Source: the human T2T-CHM13v2.0 reference genome, Homo sapiens
NCBI GenBank assembly: GCA_009914755.4
Contig: CP068257.2
Span: forward strand, 6,560,001-6,624,000
Length of the DNA stretch: 64,000 nt
Direction of reading: 5' to 3'
Shown piece after piece: positions 1 to 14,824 of the stretch. The position numbers and the translations under genes are program-made. Numbering within the stretch: the first letter of the stretch is position 1; every line of letters starts with the position of its first letter. Below the pieces are notes generated by a model, which was given only the letters and a program-made list of their open reading frames with translations, made no database searches and was not told where the DNA came from.

Positions 1-135
1 TGTTCTTTTACTTTTTGTAGAGATGGGGTCTTGTTATGTTGCCCAGGCTGGTCTCAAATTTCTGGGCTCACATGATCCTCCCACCTCAACTTCACAAAAT
101 GCTGGGATTATGGGCATGAACCACTGCATCTCACC
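1..135 (-). mobile_element. Alu SINE, 5'-truncated by window edge
   Basis: Reverse complement reads as an Alu left arm (…ggctgggcacagtggctcatgcctgtaatcccagca…-like); only a partial copy is present. Confidence 0.7.
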
Positions 136-206
136 AATTTACTTTCTTTTACTGGTTCATTTTAAAGGCTAAATCTCAGAAACAGACAGTGAAAGAGATG
201 TACATG

Positions 207-537
207 CTGGGCACAGTGGCTCATGCCTGTAATTTCAGCACTTTGGGAGACTGAGGCGGGAGCATCGCTTAAGTGCTCAGGAGATTAAGACCAGCCTGGG
301 TAACAAGGTGAAAATGCATCTCTACAAAAAGATTTTTCTAAAAATTAGCCAGGCACAGTTATCTATAGTTCTAGCTACTCAGTGCCTATAATTCTAGCTA
401 CTCAGGAGGCTGAGGTGAGAGGATGAGAGGATGGGGCTTGAGATAGGGAGGCATAGTTCGCAGTGAGCCACGATTGTGCCATGGCACTCTAGGCTGGGAG
501 ACAGAGCCAGACTCTGTCTCAAAAAAAAAAAAAAAAA
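207..537 (+). mobile_element. Alu SINE, full length with poly-A tail
   Basis: gctgggcacagtggctcatgcctgtaat…ccagcctgggtaacaaggtgaaa… dimeric structure, A16 tail at 520-537. Confidence 0.9.
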
Positions 538-1042
538 CCACACAGGGCAAGGTATGTCGAGAGGGGTACAGAACTTCCATGTCCTCTATTGTGCATGTTA
601 CCTTCCTGGTATCTCCCTTGTGTTCAGCAACCCAGACATTCTCCAACTCCAGTTGTTGAGGGCGCTTATGAACGCTTCATTATGCAGGCATGATTGATGA
701 AGTCATTGACCATTGGTAATTAAGTCAGTCTTCGGCCACTATTTCTTCCTGGAGCCCAGGGGGTGAGGCTGACAGTTCCAAGCCTCTAATCACATGGTTT
801 GTTCTTCTGACAACAACCACCCCTTTTTCTGAAGCTGTCTAGGAGCTTTCAGTCACCCAGTCATCTCAGTAACATCACCAAATGCATTCTTACTATGGTG
901 ATCCCAAAGGTCTTAGAGGCTCTTGTGTTAGAAACCTGGGACTAAGACCAAATATTGAAACAGAAGATGCCCCATCACTTTCATCACCAAGGCCTTTATA
1001 AGAGCTTGAGAATCTCTGTGCCAGGATGAGGGGCAGAAACCA

Positions 1043-1497
<455 letters not shown>

Positions 1498-1865
1498 GTG
1501 TCCAGCAAACACAAGAGGTCTTTATAAGTGAAAGAGGGAGGTAAGAGAGTCCGAATTGAAGGAGATTTGATGATGGAAGCACAGGTCACAGAGGGAGATT
1601 CGAATATGCTTTGCTTCTGGCTTTGAAGATGCAGTTAGGAGCCATGAGCCAAAGAATAGCAGTGGCTTTAGCAACTGGGAAAGGCAAGGGAACATATTCT
1701 CTCCAGAACCTCCAGAAGGGATGCAGTCCTGCTGGCAACTTGATTTTAGCCTTAATAGACCTATTTTGGACTTCTGGCCCCCAGACCTCTTAGTTAGTAG
1801 ATTTGTGGTGTATTAAGCCACTCAATGTAGGGTAGTTTGTAACAGCAGCAAAAAGAAATGAACAT

Positions 1866-2165
1866 GAAGCCAGAATTGGTGGCCCACACCTATAATTCCA
1901 GCTATTTAGGAGGCTGAGGCAGGATGGTTGCTTTGGCCCAGGAGTTCACGATAAGTCTGGGCAACAAAATGATACCCTGTCTACATGGAAAAAAAAAATT
2001 AGCGGGTGTGGTGGCATGCACTTGTAGTCTTAGGTACTAGAGGCCCTGAGACAGGACAATTTCTTGACCTAGGAGCTCCAGGTCTCAGTGCGTTGTGATC
2101 GTGCCATGGCACCCCAGTCTGAGTGACACAGCGAGATTATATCTTAGAAAAAAAAATAAAAAAGA
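1866..2165 (+). mobile_element. Alu SINE
   Basis: gccagaattggtggcccacacctataattccagctatttaggaggctgaggcagg… to A-rich tail at ~2145-2165. Confidence 0.9.
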
Positions 2166-2775
2166 AATGAGTGAGCATGGCAGGAATAGGGACAGATAGC
2201 AATATTAAATAGAGTGGTCAGGGTTGGCCTCCTAAGTGAAAATTGAGCAAAGACTTGAAGGAGGGGAAGGAGCTGACCAAGGTACTGAGGGAAGAGCATT
2301 ATAGGCAGAAACAACAGAATAAAGATGCTAAGAGGGAACTCCATGGTGTGTCTGAAGCTCAGGAAAGAGGTCTGTGGAGTAGAGAGAGGGAGAGAAGTAG
2401 GGAAGGAGGCCAGGGAGTTGTTGGACTCAGATCAGTACAGATTGTGTAAGCCCTGGGAGGCTACTGCTGGGGCTTTGGTTTTTATTCTGTCTGAGATGGG
2501 AGATGAGGAAGGGTTCTGAGCAGAGAGGTGACGCGAACTGTCTACTGATTTAAAAGCATCCCATGGCAGCTGAGTTGAGAAAGATTGTGGGAAGATTTGG
2601 GTAGAAGCAGGGAGGCCATGCTGTGGCAACCTCCAGGTGGGAGATGATAGTGGTTCTGACCAGGGCCCTGGCAATGGTGAGAGATGGTTGATTCTTGTTG
2701 AAATACTAAGTAATTAAAAAAAAAACACTACTGTTTTTCCCAATTATATGAAGTATGGGATGCTAGATTACAGAA

Positions 2776-3216
2776 ATCTTAAGTCGGGCCAGGTGAAGTG
2801 GCTTATGCCCGTAGCTTCAGCACTTTGGGAGGCAGAGATGGGAGAATGGTTTGAGTCCAGGAGTTTGAGACCACCCTGGGCAACACAGCAAGACCTCCTG
2901 TCTATGCAAATAAAAATTAATAAAATATAATTATCCCGGCATAGTGGTATTTTCCTGTAGAACCTGTTACTTAGGTTGTTGAGGTGGGCAGATCTCTTGA
3001 GGGCGGGAGTTTGAGGCCAGCTTGGGCAACATAGCAAGGCTCCTCTTTCTACAAAAAAAAAAAATTAGTTGGGTGTTTTGGTGCTCATCTGTAGCCGTAG
3101 CTATGGTGAGGGTGAGGCAGGAGGATCCCCGGAGCCCAGGAGGTCACGGCTGCAGTTAGCTATGAGTGCACCCCTGCATTGCAGCCAGAGTGACAGAGTG
3201 AGACCCGTTCTCAGAA
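2776..3216 (+). mobile_element. Alu-derived sequence: free left monomer followed by a full Alu
   Basis: gggccaggtgaagtggcttatgcccgtagcttcagcactttgggaggc… (2776-2900), A-rich linker, second Alu to gagtgagacccgttctcaga (3216). Confidence 0.8.
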
Positions 3217-3675
3217 TACAGATACAAGTAAAGAAATCTCAGCTCAGAGCAGTCTGTTTGTCACTATGCAGCCTTTTCAACCCCATAGCTGAGCGATTGG
3301 GTTTGTGTTGCTGGAGGTGAGGAGACCCGTGCCCAGGTGTTGTTGCCTGTCTAATCAGTTTATTTTAAAATATATTAATGAAATTTATTTCATCATACTT
3401 TATGGCCTCATACCTGAGTGGTTTTTTGAATTCTCCTTTGAATAGCTTGTAACTATTCAAACCTCTTATTGGTTCTATAATTAATTCTTTTTCTAATTAG
3501 CTTTTTAAAAATCAGAATTGATATTAGACTAATCAGTTATTAGTGAGGAGATGAAATTGAGTTGTTTGTACACTTTATCTAAGATAATGTTATATTGGCT
3601 AACTCAAATCAGTAGTTCAGCAAATGCAGAATCAGAGCTTCTTCAGCGCGGAACTCTCTTGTGGTTCTTGAAGAT

Positions 3676-3991
3676 GCCATTTCTTTTTCTTTTTTTTTTT
3701 TTTTTGAGACAGCATCTTCCTCTGTCACCAGGCTCGAGTGCAGTGGCACAATCTCAATTCACAGCAACTTCTGCCTCCCAGTTCAGGGTTCAAGCATTTC
3801 TTTTGCCTCAGCCTCTGAAGTAGCTGGGACAACAGGGATGTGTCACCATGCCCAGCTAAGCTTTGTATTTTCTGTAGATACGGGGTTTCAGCATGTTGGA
3901 CAGGCTGGTCTTGAACTCCTGACCTTGTGATCCACTGGCCTTGGACTCCTAAAGTGCTGGGATTACAGGTGTGAGCCACCGTGCCTGGCCT
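3676..3991 (-). mobile_element. Alu SINE
   Basis: Poly-T 3676-3700 then antisense Alu (gagacagcatcttcctctgtcaccaggctcgagtgcagtggc … gtgagccaccgtgcctggcc). Confidence 0.9.
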
Positions 3992-4285
3992 CTTTTTTCA
4001 GTCTTTAATAAACTGCTGCCATCATTTCAGACCACTTGCTATTTTAGGCACTTAGAAATTTTTCACTGGAATTCATGTAAAGAAAGACCATGGGTGTTTG
4101 TACTGGATTTAGTATTCATCCTTCGACTGCATGACTCACCCCTAGTGCCATAATTTTACTAATGAATTTTTCAGATACTACTCAGCTGGCCACTGAACCT
4201 AACCAGCAACCCACCCTCAACCATTTAGTGGTCTTTTGTTCTTCTCTGTTCCTCCTGAATGTTGATTACTCTCAGAAGGTGATAA

Positions 4286-4920
<635 letters not shown>

Positions 4921-4994
4921 CATTTTTAAAATAATAACGTTATTGAAATATGATTAACGTATCATGCAATTCATTTATCAAAGTACGCAATTCA

Positions 4995-5300
4995 GGCCAG
5001 GTGCAGTGGCTAATTCCTATAACGCTAAGACTTTGGGCAGCTGAGGCAGGTGGATCGCTTGTGTTCAGGAGTTTGCGACTAGCCTGGGCAACATGGCAAA
5101 ACAGCATCTCTAGCAAAAATACAAAAATTAGCTGGGTGTGGTGGCTCATGCCTGTAGTCCCAACTACTTGGGGACATGAGACTGGAAGATCACTTGAGCC
5201 CAGAAGCCATAGGTTGCAGTGAGACCAGATGGCACCACTGTACTACAGCATGGGTGACAAAAGGAGACCCTGTCTTTAAATAACTAAAGAAAAAAAGAAA
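4995..5300 (+). mobile_element. Alu SINE
   Basis: ggccaggtgcagtggctaattcctataacgctaagactttgggcagctgaggcagg… A-rich tail ~5280-5300. Confidence 0.9.
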
Positions 5301-5469
5301 GTATACAATTGAGTGGTTTTTAGAATATTCAAGGAGCTGTGCATCCATCACCACAGTCTTTCTTAGAAGTGATTACCCACTTGTGAGTTACCCACTTATG
5401 AATGAGAAACCCTCACCTCTTAGCCGCTACCTCCTACGTACCCCATGTTCATAGGCAACCACTGATTTA

Positions 5470-6085
5470 TTTTCTGTCATTGTAGTTTTGCCTAATCTGG
5501 ACCTTTTATAGAAATAGAATTGTACAATGTGTGATCTTTTGTAATTTGCTTTTTTTTTTCTCTTAGCAGAATGTTTTCAAATTTCTTTCATGTTATAGTG
5601 TGTATCAGGATTTCTTTCCTTTTGTAGCTGAGTAATAGTTTATGTTTATCCATTCATTAGTTGATGGACATTTGTGTTGTTTTTGCGTATTCACCATCAT
5701 GAGTCAGGCTGCTATGAACACTCGTACATAAGTTTTAGTGTGAACATATATTTTTATTTCTCTTGGATTTACACTCAGGAGTGAAATTGTTGCATTATGT
5801 GATTACTATACGTTTAGTCTTTGAGAAACTGCCACGTTGTTTTTCAAAGCGGTTACACTGGTCAGGCACAGTGGCTCACACCTTTAATCTCAGGTATTTG
5901 AGACGCTGAGTTTGGAGGATTTTCTTAGCTCGGGAGTTCAGGACAACCCTGGGCAACATAGGGAAACAATGTCTTGATTTTTTAAAAAAATCAAATGCCA
6001 AGAAAACACCCAAATTGATTACACCATTTTATGTTCCCACCAGTAATGTATGTGAGTTCCAATTATTCCAATTGTCACCAACTTT
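5470..6085 (-). mobile_element. Ancient L1 (L1M-type) 3'-region fragment, interrupted by an Alu monomer
   Basis: Antisense L1 3'-end-like text (…atagaattgtacaatgtgtgatcttttgtaatttgc… ccattcattagttgatggacatttgtgttg… ctgccacgttgtttttcaaagcggttacactg / ccattttatgttcccaccagtaatgtatgtgagttccaat) recalled from old LINE-1 3' regions. Confidence 0.5.
5861..5995 (+). mobile_element. Free Alu-monomer-like element (FLAM-like) inserted in the old L1
   Basis: ggtcaggcacagtggctcacacctttaatctcaggtatttgagacgctgag… single left-arm-like monomer with A-rich end. Confidence 0.6.
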
Positions 6086-6086
6086 T

Positions 6087-6415
6087 TTTTTTGAGACAAA
6101 ATCTTGCTCTGTTGCCCAGGCTGGAGTGCAGTGACATGAACATGGCCAGTGCAGCTGTGACATTCCAGGCACAAGTGATCCTCTCACCTCAGCCTCCTAA
6201 GTAGCTGGGACTTACAGGTGCATGCTATCATGTGCAGCTGATTTTTACAATTTTTGGTAGAAATGGGGTGTTGTCATGTAGCCCAGGTTTGTGTCAAACT
6301 CCTGAGCTCAAGTGATCTGCCTGCTTCAGCTTCCGGAAGTGCTGAGATTACAGGTGTGTGCCACCATGCCCGACTGGTGTAACCACTTTGGAAAGCAGCC
6401 ACTGAGCCCGGCCTT
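6087..6415 (-). mobile_element. Alu SINE (plus short Alu-end fragment at 6398-6415)
   Basis: Poly-T then gagacaaaatcttgctctgttgcccaggctggagtgcagtgac … gtgtgtgccaccatgcccgac. Confidence 0.85.
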
Positions 6416-7003
6416 CACCAGTATACCAATATTTGTTAATATCGTTTTATTTTTTACTATTTTTCCATTTTTAAAAACTTATTCTTTTACCTGTATTATT
6501 GATTATAATAAACAACGAATAATTTTGCTGTAGAGTTGAGTCCCCCCAAAAAGTATTTATTGTTTAACTGAAGTAGTTTTTTTTTAACCTGGATATATAT
6601 TTTTTCATTTTCACTTTATTTTTAGTGTTCATTTTTAAAAATTATTTATATGTATTTTTATTTTAATAGGTGTTTGAGAAACAGGTGGTGTTTGGTTCCA
6701 TGAATAAGTTCTTCAGTGTTGATTTCTGAAATGTAGTACCCCTCATTACTTATTAAATTATATATTAAGTCATTATAAAATAATTAATAAACCAAGGACT
6801 TTAGTAAAATGGGAATTTTATTTTAACTTGCAACCTGGGACGTAACTGTCAAAAAAATTAGAGAAATTACCACATTAAGGTTTTAAAATCTTGACCTGAA
6901 AAATGAAAACCTTGGTGCACCTAAGAACCACCAGCCCACTGGTCAAAGTGAACAAAACTAAATGAAAAAATAAAACCAAGAAAACCAAACTCAGGATTAT
7001 TAG

Positions 7004-7378
<375 letters not shown>

Positions 7379-8701
7379 TAATTTTATGTATATTCCAAGT
7401 CAGAATACATCCTATTTTTGAATATTTGATGACTTTAGGATACTATATTAACTCTTAATTGAATTAATACAAGTTTAGGTGTAAAGATGAAGTTTATGTT
7501 GACAAAAATTATTAATGTTTTACATATATGAAAGTAACAATATCATATATTTTTCATACTTGTACAATACTTTGAAATCTATTATTAGCTAATATTTTAT
7601 ATTCATTTTGGGTTTTCACATTATTGTTAGATCCAGAGAAAAGTAATATTGTGTGAATACTCAAATCATAAACATTTTGCTGGATGCATTCATAGATACT
7701 TTATTTAAAAAGTACACTAATTGAAGTTTTACACCATTTTATGATTCATCAAACACAGCAACTGAATACTGGCTTATAGCAACATTACAGATGATGTTAG
7801 TCTAAGATAAAACTCATAACACATTTTAAAAAGGGTAAAAGGAAGGAAAGGAAAAAGGATACAAGGCTGTAGAAAGATTTTAAAAACAAACGTCGTATGT
7901 CTGAACCTTTGCCTGGAGTTTCATATTTTGTGAAAAGCAGTTTGTAAGTAGAGGACTCGTAAGTGCACCTAGTACACTGCAATGGCACAGACACGGCAGA
8001 TAGTCAATAAAATGATCTTTAACTTCTGATCTAGGTTATTTTTGTTGTTGTTCATGTATTAACCTAGTGAAACTCAGCCAATAGCTGTAGTGGCATTGAC
8101 CTGTACAACTTCCAAAATCCCATCCAACCTTAGTGTCCTCTGAAGTTCTCCATAACTTATTGTCTGTTCCAACCAACATTTAGCATAAGCTACAGCTTAT
8201 ATTGTTAATAATTCTTCTATGTTTATGTGCTGATTTGCAAATAAATGGGCCTATATAGTCTTTATCTAGTGTTGGATTGGGATCAAAAGTTTCATGAAAT
8301 CATTGTTTTTAGTATACGTACAGATGGATAATCGTATAAATAAGTACAGATGTGTATAAATGTGTGAGTATACATACATATATTTTCTAGCTCCTCTAAC
8401 AAAAGGGCCTAGAAACAACATCATCCCAGTAACAATGAGAACACCATTCTCCAATTAAAGGAACCAAGGCTCCTTGGGGACATATTTGATATCAGGATTG
8501 GGCAGGGAAAATACAAGATTAGTTTGAAATATTTTGTCATGTTAGGAAGTAAGGAAATGCTCACAAAATGGGGAAAATGTGAAAGGGAAACAGATCCACT
8601 TTGAATAAACTTCCATAGCCAAATTTGAGAAAATTGGGGCAATAAAATAGATAACAATAATAATATATTACAATCTACAGGAGAAAATTTTCAATTAATC
8701 C

Positions 8702-8992
8702 AGGCCAGGTGCAGTTGCTCATGCCTGTATTCCCAGCCCTTTGGGAGGCAGAGACGGGCAGATCACTTGAGGTCAGGAGTTCAAGACCAGCCTGACCAAT
8801 GTGGTGAATCCCTGCCTCTACTAAAAATACAAAAATTAGCCGGGCATGGTGGCACATGCCTGTAGTCCCAGCTACTCCTGAGGCTGATGCAGGAGAATGG
8901 CTTGAATCCCGGAAGGTGGAAGTGCAGTGAGCGGAAATCGCACCATTGCACACCAGCCTGGATGACAAAACAAGACTCCAACTCAAAAAAAA
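8702..8992 (+). mobile_element. Alu SINE
   Basis: ggccaggtgcagttgctcatgcctgtattcccagccctttgggaggcagagacgggc … A-tail ~8983-8992. Confidence 0.9.
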
Positions 8993-9699
8993 TTCCATAT
9001 TGACATAAATAATAAACCAAAGATTGAGAGTGGGTAGTATTTTATTACAGTAAGATTTCATTAAATGTAGGAGACATAAAATATAAGAATCATCACTTTG
9101 CAAATATCATAGTAATAATTGTTGCAAGAAAGAACCTTGGAGGAATGCTAAGATTAGTGGTGAATATATGTTGGGAAAGAACATATTTGCATAATATGAA
9201 AGTATCTTCCCACAAGATAATTATAGAATAGTAACTTCAAAGTGGAGATGTCAACTTAGCCAAGTGATCAAAGTTAACATTACTAATAATAAGATAAATG
9301 AACTTCATGTAATTTCTTATATGATGCACTGAGTAGGACAAAACATCAATTCTATGGTATTCTTAGACAAAATGTATAACTTTAGTCCTAACCGTGAGAA
9401 AACATCAGACTAACTGAAATTGAGGAGGGACATTCTACAAAATAACTGCCAGTATTCATCAAAAGTATTTTAGAAAGACTGAGGAATTCTCCAGAGACAA
9501 GGAGGCATGTTATCTAAGTGCAATGGAGAACATGCATTGTATCATGAACCAGAGATGGACAACAGTAGGATATGTACAATAACACCCCAACATTTGAACA
9601 TTAAACAAAATACTTCAGAAAAACCCATTGGCCAAGAAAAGTTTCACACACACACAAATAGTTTAAACTGAAAGAAAATTTTTTAAAAACTTAATAAAA

Positions 9700-10260
9700 T
9701 GTGGGATGCAGATAAATCGTTCCTTAAAGGTACATTTATAGATGTAATATATTGAAAATAAAAGGCTTCAATCAATGACCTTTAGGCTCTTTTTTAAGAG
9801 GCTAAAAAATAAGCAAAGTATATCCAAATTAAGAAGAAGGAAGATGATAAAGATAAAAATGTAAACCAACAACATAGCAAATAACAAAAGGTGGAGCTAA
9901 TTAATATACCCACAAATTGGTTCTTTGAAAAAAATTTTTTTAATAAACAATGGCTAGCAAGATTTATCTCGAAAAAAATTAGAGAAGCTACATAATGTAG
10001 ATAATGGGAATTAAATAGAGGATGTAACTACAGAACCTACAGACATCAATATAATTATGAAAACTTTAGGCCAATACATTTGACAATTAAAATAACATGG
10101 GAAATTATTTGTAAAACTAATTCTTAAAACTAATGCAAAATGAAATAGAAAAAGTAATAGCTTCTCTATGTATTGAAGAATTTTTTTAATTTAAAAAGAT
10201 TTCTATAATTACAGGCTACATGCTTTCTCAGGTGAATTCTATCAAACATTTAAGAAAGTA
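9700..10260 (+). mobile_element. Degenerate ancient LINE-1 ORF2 N-terminal-region fragment
   Basis: Translation gives weak L1 ORF2-like strings (…N-KRLQSMTFRLLFKRLKNKQSISKLRRRKMIKIKM…, cf. L1 ORF2 …LNAYIRKEERSKINNLSFHLRKLEKEEQ…). Identification from memory of the family, not alignment. Confidence 0.35.
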
Positions 10261-10261
10261 C

Positions 10262-10603
10262 AGAGAGTCCTCAACTTACAGTGGTTTGACTTGTGCTCTT
10301 CTTACTTGATAATGGTGCTTTCATCTGTGTACGTTAATGATGAGCATCAATATGACCAGTTTTTCACTATCAGTATAGTTTTCAATAAATTTCATGAGAT
10401 ACTCAATATTTTAAAATGGGCCTTGTGGTAGATGATTTTGCCCAATTGTAGGATAATGTAAGTGTTCTGAGCAAGTTTAAGGTAGGCGAGGCTAAGTCAT
10501 GATATTCAGTAGGTTAAATATATTAAATGCGTTTTAGACTTACAATATTTTCAATTTAGGATGAGTTCATTAAGACATAAAACAATTGTAAGTTGAGGAG
10601 TAT
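10262..10603. mobile_element. Short non-autonomous DNA-transposon-like element (MITE-like) with ~22-bp terminal inverted repeats
   Basis: Left end cagagagtcctcaacttacagtggtttgacttgtg and right end acaattgtaagttgaggagtatctata are reverse complements of each other (tcctcaacttaca / tgtaagttgagga); ~340 bp between them. Confidence 0.5.
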
Positions 10604-10650
10604 CTATAACATCAATCTTGAACGGACTCTTTTTAAGAAATAGAATTTAA

Positions 10651-10962
<312 letters not shown>

Positions 10963-13439
10963 GGGACATTTCCTATCTTATTTTATGAACCCAGTATTGC
11001 CGATTCCAAATCGAGACAAAGGCATTATACAACTTTGATGTTTATCCCTCATAAACATAGACTCAAAAGTCCTTAAAACATAATAACCAATTGAATGTAG
11101 CAGTACATAGAATGGATAATAAACTGTGAACAAATTAAATTTCTAGCAAGATTGCAAAGTTAATTTATTATTTGAAAGATCAGTTTAATCAATTTTATTC
11201 ACCTGGATGGTTACATCTGGCAAAACTCAGCAAACTGTGCACTTTAAAATAGTATTTATTTTATGTAAATTATGTTTCAATACAATTGATTTTTTAAGAA
11301 AAAAAAACGTTTCCCAGAGTGATCAAAGTGGAGGGCAGGGAACAGTAAACATCAGTGCTTATGTTATAGCTACTAGAAGCCTCCCAATTCCAACGACATG
11401 CTTTCAAGCAGGTCTGATCCTTCCCCTGGAGGATACCTCTGACCCAGGTGTGCTACAAATGTATTGCCCCTAGTTGCTTCTGTCACCTTAGTGATGGAAG
11501 TGACAAGAGGGTACTGGAGAAAGAAAAGGTGTACAAGGTTCCAAATGTACATTCTATTTCCAAAGGACATTTGTGAAGCCAGTGGAAAGCGAACAAACAA
11601 GCTGCTAAATAAGTCACAAGTGTGTTCTCGTACAGTTTTGCGATTAACTAAATAGGACATTCAACAGATAAAATTTGTTTTACATAGTTACTCCTCTAAC
11701 AGGATGAAGTTGTGGATTGTGAGATAGGGCTGATATAACCTGTTTTCTCTCTGCCTCTTTTTTTTCCCCCAAGTTTTGTGTGCAATACATTAGGAAAAAT
11801 ATAATTGGGCTACAAAGCTACAAAAATGGCTTCCTGGAAGTTCCATGCTTGTTTCCATGTGGTGCCTATGTTAGGCACTGTGTTCTCATTTGCACTTTCC
11901 TACTTGATTAGTTAATGTATGAAGGACAAGCCTGATCTCTACTGTGAATTTTTACCAAGGTATTCTAGTAGAAAAATGAGTATGTAATGGTGCTGTGGAA
12001 TGCTAAAGTGTGTAAAACATTAAGAATCTAAAAATATGCTCATTTCCAAGTTTTGTCCCAGAGCAACTGTGCACTCTGATTATATCGCTACTGCTATTTA
12101 AAGTTATCCATTTGCATGTCTAAAAAATAGATTCATACTGATTGTCCCATTTTGATCTCAAAAAACTCCTGAATATGAGAGTCGTGATCAAGGGACGCTT
12201 CATGAAATGTTCCAAAGTTAAAGTGTGCAATGAAACCAGATTTATCATAGCCTTATTTAAAATAATTATTTCTAAAATTGTTATTGTTTAATTATAAACG
12301 GTATCCTTTCAGGATACTTGGAAGATCCATAGCAGTGTTTTTATTTTCACAGAACAAGCATAAATTATTTATGAAATAATAACTCAGATACAGAGATTAC
12401 TTCCTATTGGCCTTACATATGAATATAAATAAATACATATTATGAACATGAGCATACTTATTTTATAATTATGTAAACGCGTGTGTAATGTTATATATAA
12501 GTTCAATAAAGTCATGCTTATACATGGTTTCAATTCATGCTTCTAAAAACCACTCAATGTAGTCATTATCATATGTTAATAAATAATCTCTGAAAATGTG
12601 CTTCTAGTAGTTGCACAATATCCCATCATAAAGATTGTCATGCTGTTTTTAAGTCATACTTTTGGGTATATAAGTTATATCTGATATTTTTCTGCTACAT
12701 ATATACTATTATAAATCTATTAGTAGCTGATTTTTTGTCAACACATATGATTGTTTCCTCACAATAGTACAAGAGTTGGTTGTAACTTTATTTCCTTCCA
12801 ACATTTATTTTAGGTTCAGCGGGTACATGTGCAGGTTTATTATACGGGTAAAATGTGTGTCAATGGGATTTGGTATACAGATTACGTAGTCATCCAGGTA
12901 GCGAACGTAGTATCTAATAGGGAGTTTTTTGATCCTCACTCTCCCCCGACCCTCCACCCACAGTAGACCTTGTGTCTATTTTTCCCTTCTCTGTGTCCAT
13001 GTGGACTCAATGTTTAGCCCCCACTTATAAGTGAGAACATGCAGTGTTTGTGTGGTTTTCTGTTCCTGCATTAATTCACTTAGAATAATGGTATCCAGCT
13101 CCAATCATGTTGCTGCAAAAGACATTATTTCATCCTATGTTATAGGTGTGTAGTATTCCATGGTGTATGTACGCTGCATTTTTTTAATCCAGTCTTCTGT
13201 TAACAGGCATCTAAGTTGATTCCGTGTCTTTGCTATTGTGAATAGTGTTATAATGAAAATATGCGTACATATGTCTATGACAGAATGATTTATATTCCTT
13301 TGGGTATATACCCAATAATGGGATTGCTGGGTTGAATGGTAGTTCTGTTTTAAGTTATTTCAGAAATCTCCAAACTGCTTTCCACAATGGCTGAACAAAT
13401 TTACATTCCTGACGAAACTGGAGACTTCCCTGACTCCCC

Positions 13440-14165
13440 TTGGCAGGATGTGCAACAGGGGTGTGGCTTGTCTGGCCACGGTGTGTGCTGTCAAACCCCT
13501 TACTGGTCTGGGAAGCATGCAGACAGGCAGGTGCAATAGGCAGGGCAAGTGGCCATGGTACTGTCTACGGGTGGGTTCCTGCGACTCCCACAGCCCAAGT
13601 GGGCATGTGTTACAGTGCACTCTTTTAGCTTTGCCATCCACAGACGGCTTAAGTGTTAACCTGTTCAGTGCCCTCTTGGTACCCAGTTCCTTGTCCAGCA
13701 TCCAGAAAGAATTAAGTTGCACACAGACTTGAGGATGGTGAATGTGGGGGTTTTATTGAGTGGTGGAGGTGGCACTCAATGGGATGGATGGGAAGCTGGA
13801 AAGGGGATGGAATGGGAAGATGATCTTCCCCAGGAGCTTTGCCATCCAGAGGCTGATCTCTCCAACCACTGCCAGCCAAACTCCTCTTGGCATTCAGATG
13901 CTCCTTCTCTTCTTTCTGCCACATCATTCTGCAATTCTGCTCTTCTGTTCATCTCCTCATCTGCTTGTCTGCTTCTGGAGCCTGGGGTCTGGGGCATATA
14001 TGGGTACAGGACAGGGGGTGCATGGTGAGCTGAAAGACAACTTTTGGGTGCAAAAGCAGGAATGCCTGTTCCCATTTAGGGCCATGGGTTTCCAGGCTTG
14101 TGGGCAGGGCTTTGCCAGGGAACCACTCTCTTCTACCCAGTATTTCCCTGTCTCCTTTCTATATC
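13440..14165. other. ~730-bp insertion inside the L1 (LTR-like or otherwise unclassified), containing a ~115-bp segment that recurs at 14362-14475
   Basis: L1 colinearity breaks between …tttacattcc and caccaccagcagtg…; segment atccacagacggcttaagtgttaacctgttcagtgccctcttggtacccagttccttgtccagcatccagaaaga…gacttgaggatggtgaatgtgggggtt (13632-13750) is repeated almost verbatim at 14362-14475. Confidence 0.4.
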
Positions 14166-14361
14166 ACCACCAGCAGTGTATAAGCATTCCCTTTTTTCCA
14201 CAAACTCGGCACCGTCTGTTATGTTTTGATTTTTTAATTATAGCCATTCTGACCGGTGTGATATGGTATCTCATGGTTCTGATTTTCTGATGATTAGTGA
14301 TGTTGAGTATTTTTTCATATGGTTGTTTGCCATACATACGTTGTCTTTTGAAAAAAGAATC

Positions 14362-14475
14362 CACAGACGGCTTAAGTGTTAACCCGTTCAGTGCCCTCTT
14401 GGTACCCAAGTCCTTGTCCAGCATCCAGAAAGAAGTTGCACATGGACTTGAGGATGGTGAATGTGGGGGTTCATG
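14362..14475. repeat. Second copy of the ~115-bp element inserted into the L1
   Basis: cacagacggcttaagtgttaacccgttcagtgccctcttggtacccaagtccttgtccagcatccagaaagaagttgcacatggacttgaggatggtgaatgtgggggtt, flanked on both sides by continuous L1 sequence. Confidence 0.5.
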
Positions 14476-14824
14476 TTCTTTGCCTATTTGTAGTGGGTTT
14501 GTTTTTTGTTTATTGATTCTTTATACATGCTAAGTATTAGACCTTTTTCAGATATGTAATTTGAAAATATTTTCTTCTGTTCTGTAGGGTGTTCTCTGTT
14601 GATAGTTTCTTTTGCTGTGCTGAAGCTCTTTAGTTTCATTAGGTTCCACTTGTCAATTCTTCTTTTTGCAATTGCTTTTGGAATCTTCATCATGAAATAT
14701 TTGCCTGCGCCTATGTCCAGAATGATATTTCCTAAGTTTTCTTCTAGGGTTTATATAGTTTTGGGTCTTACATAAGTCCTTCATCCATCTTGAGTTGATT
14801 TTTGTATATGGTGAAAGGAAGGGA

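Noticed and set aside
8990-9700. Possible additional ancient L1/hAT-like fragment
   Set aside because: Only vague peptide-level resemblance. I could not anchor it to a consensus from memory, so it is left unannotated.
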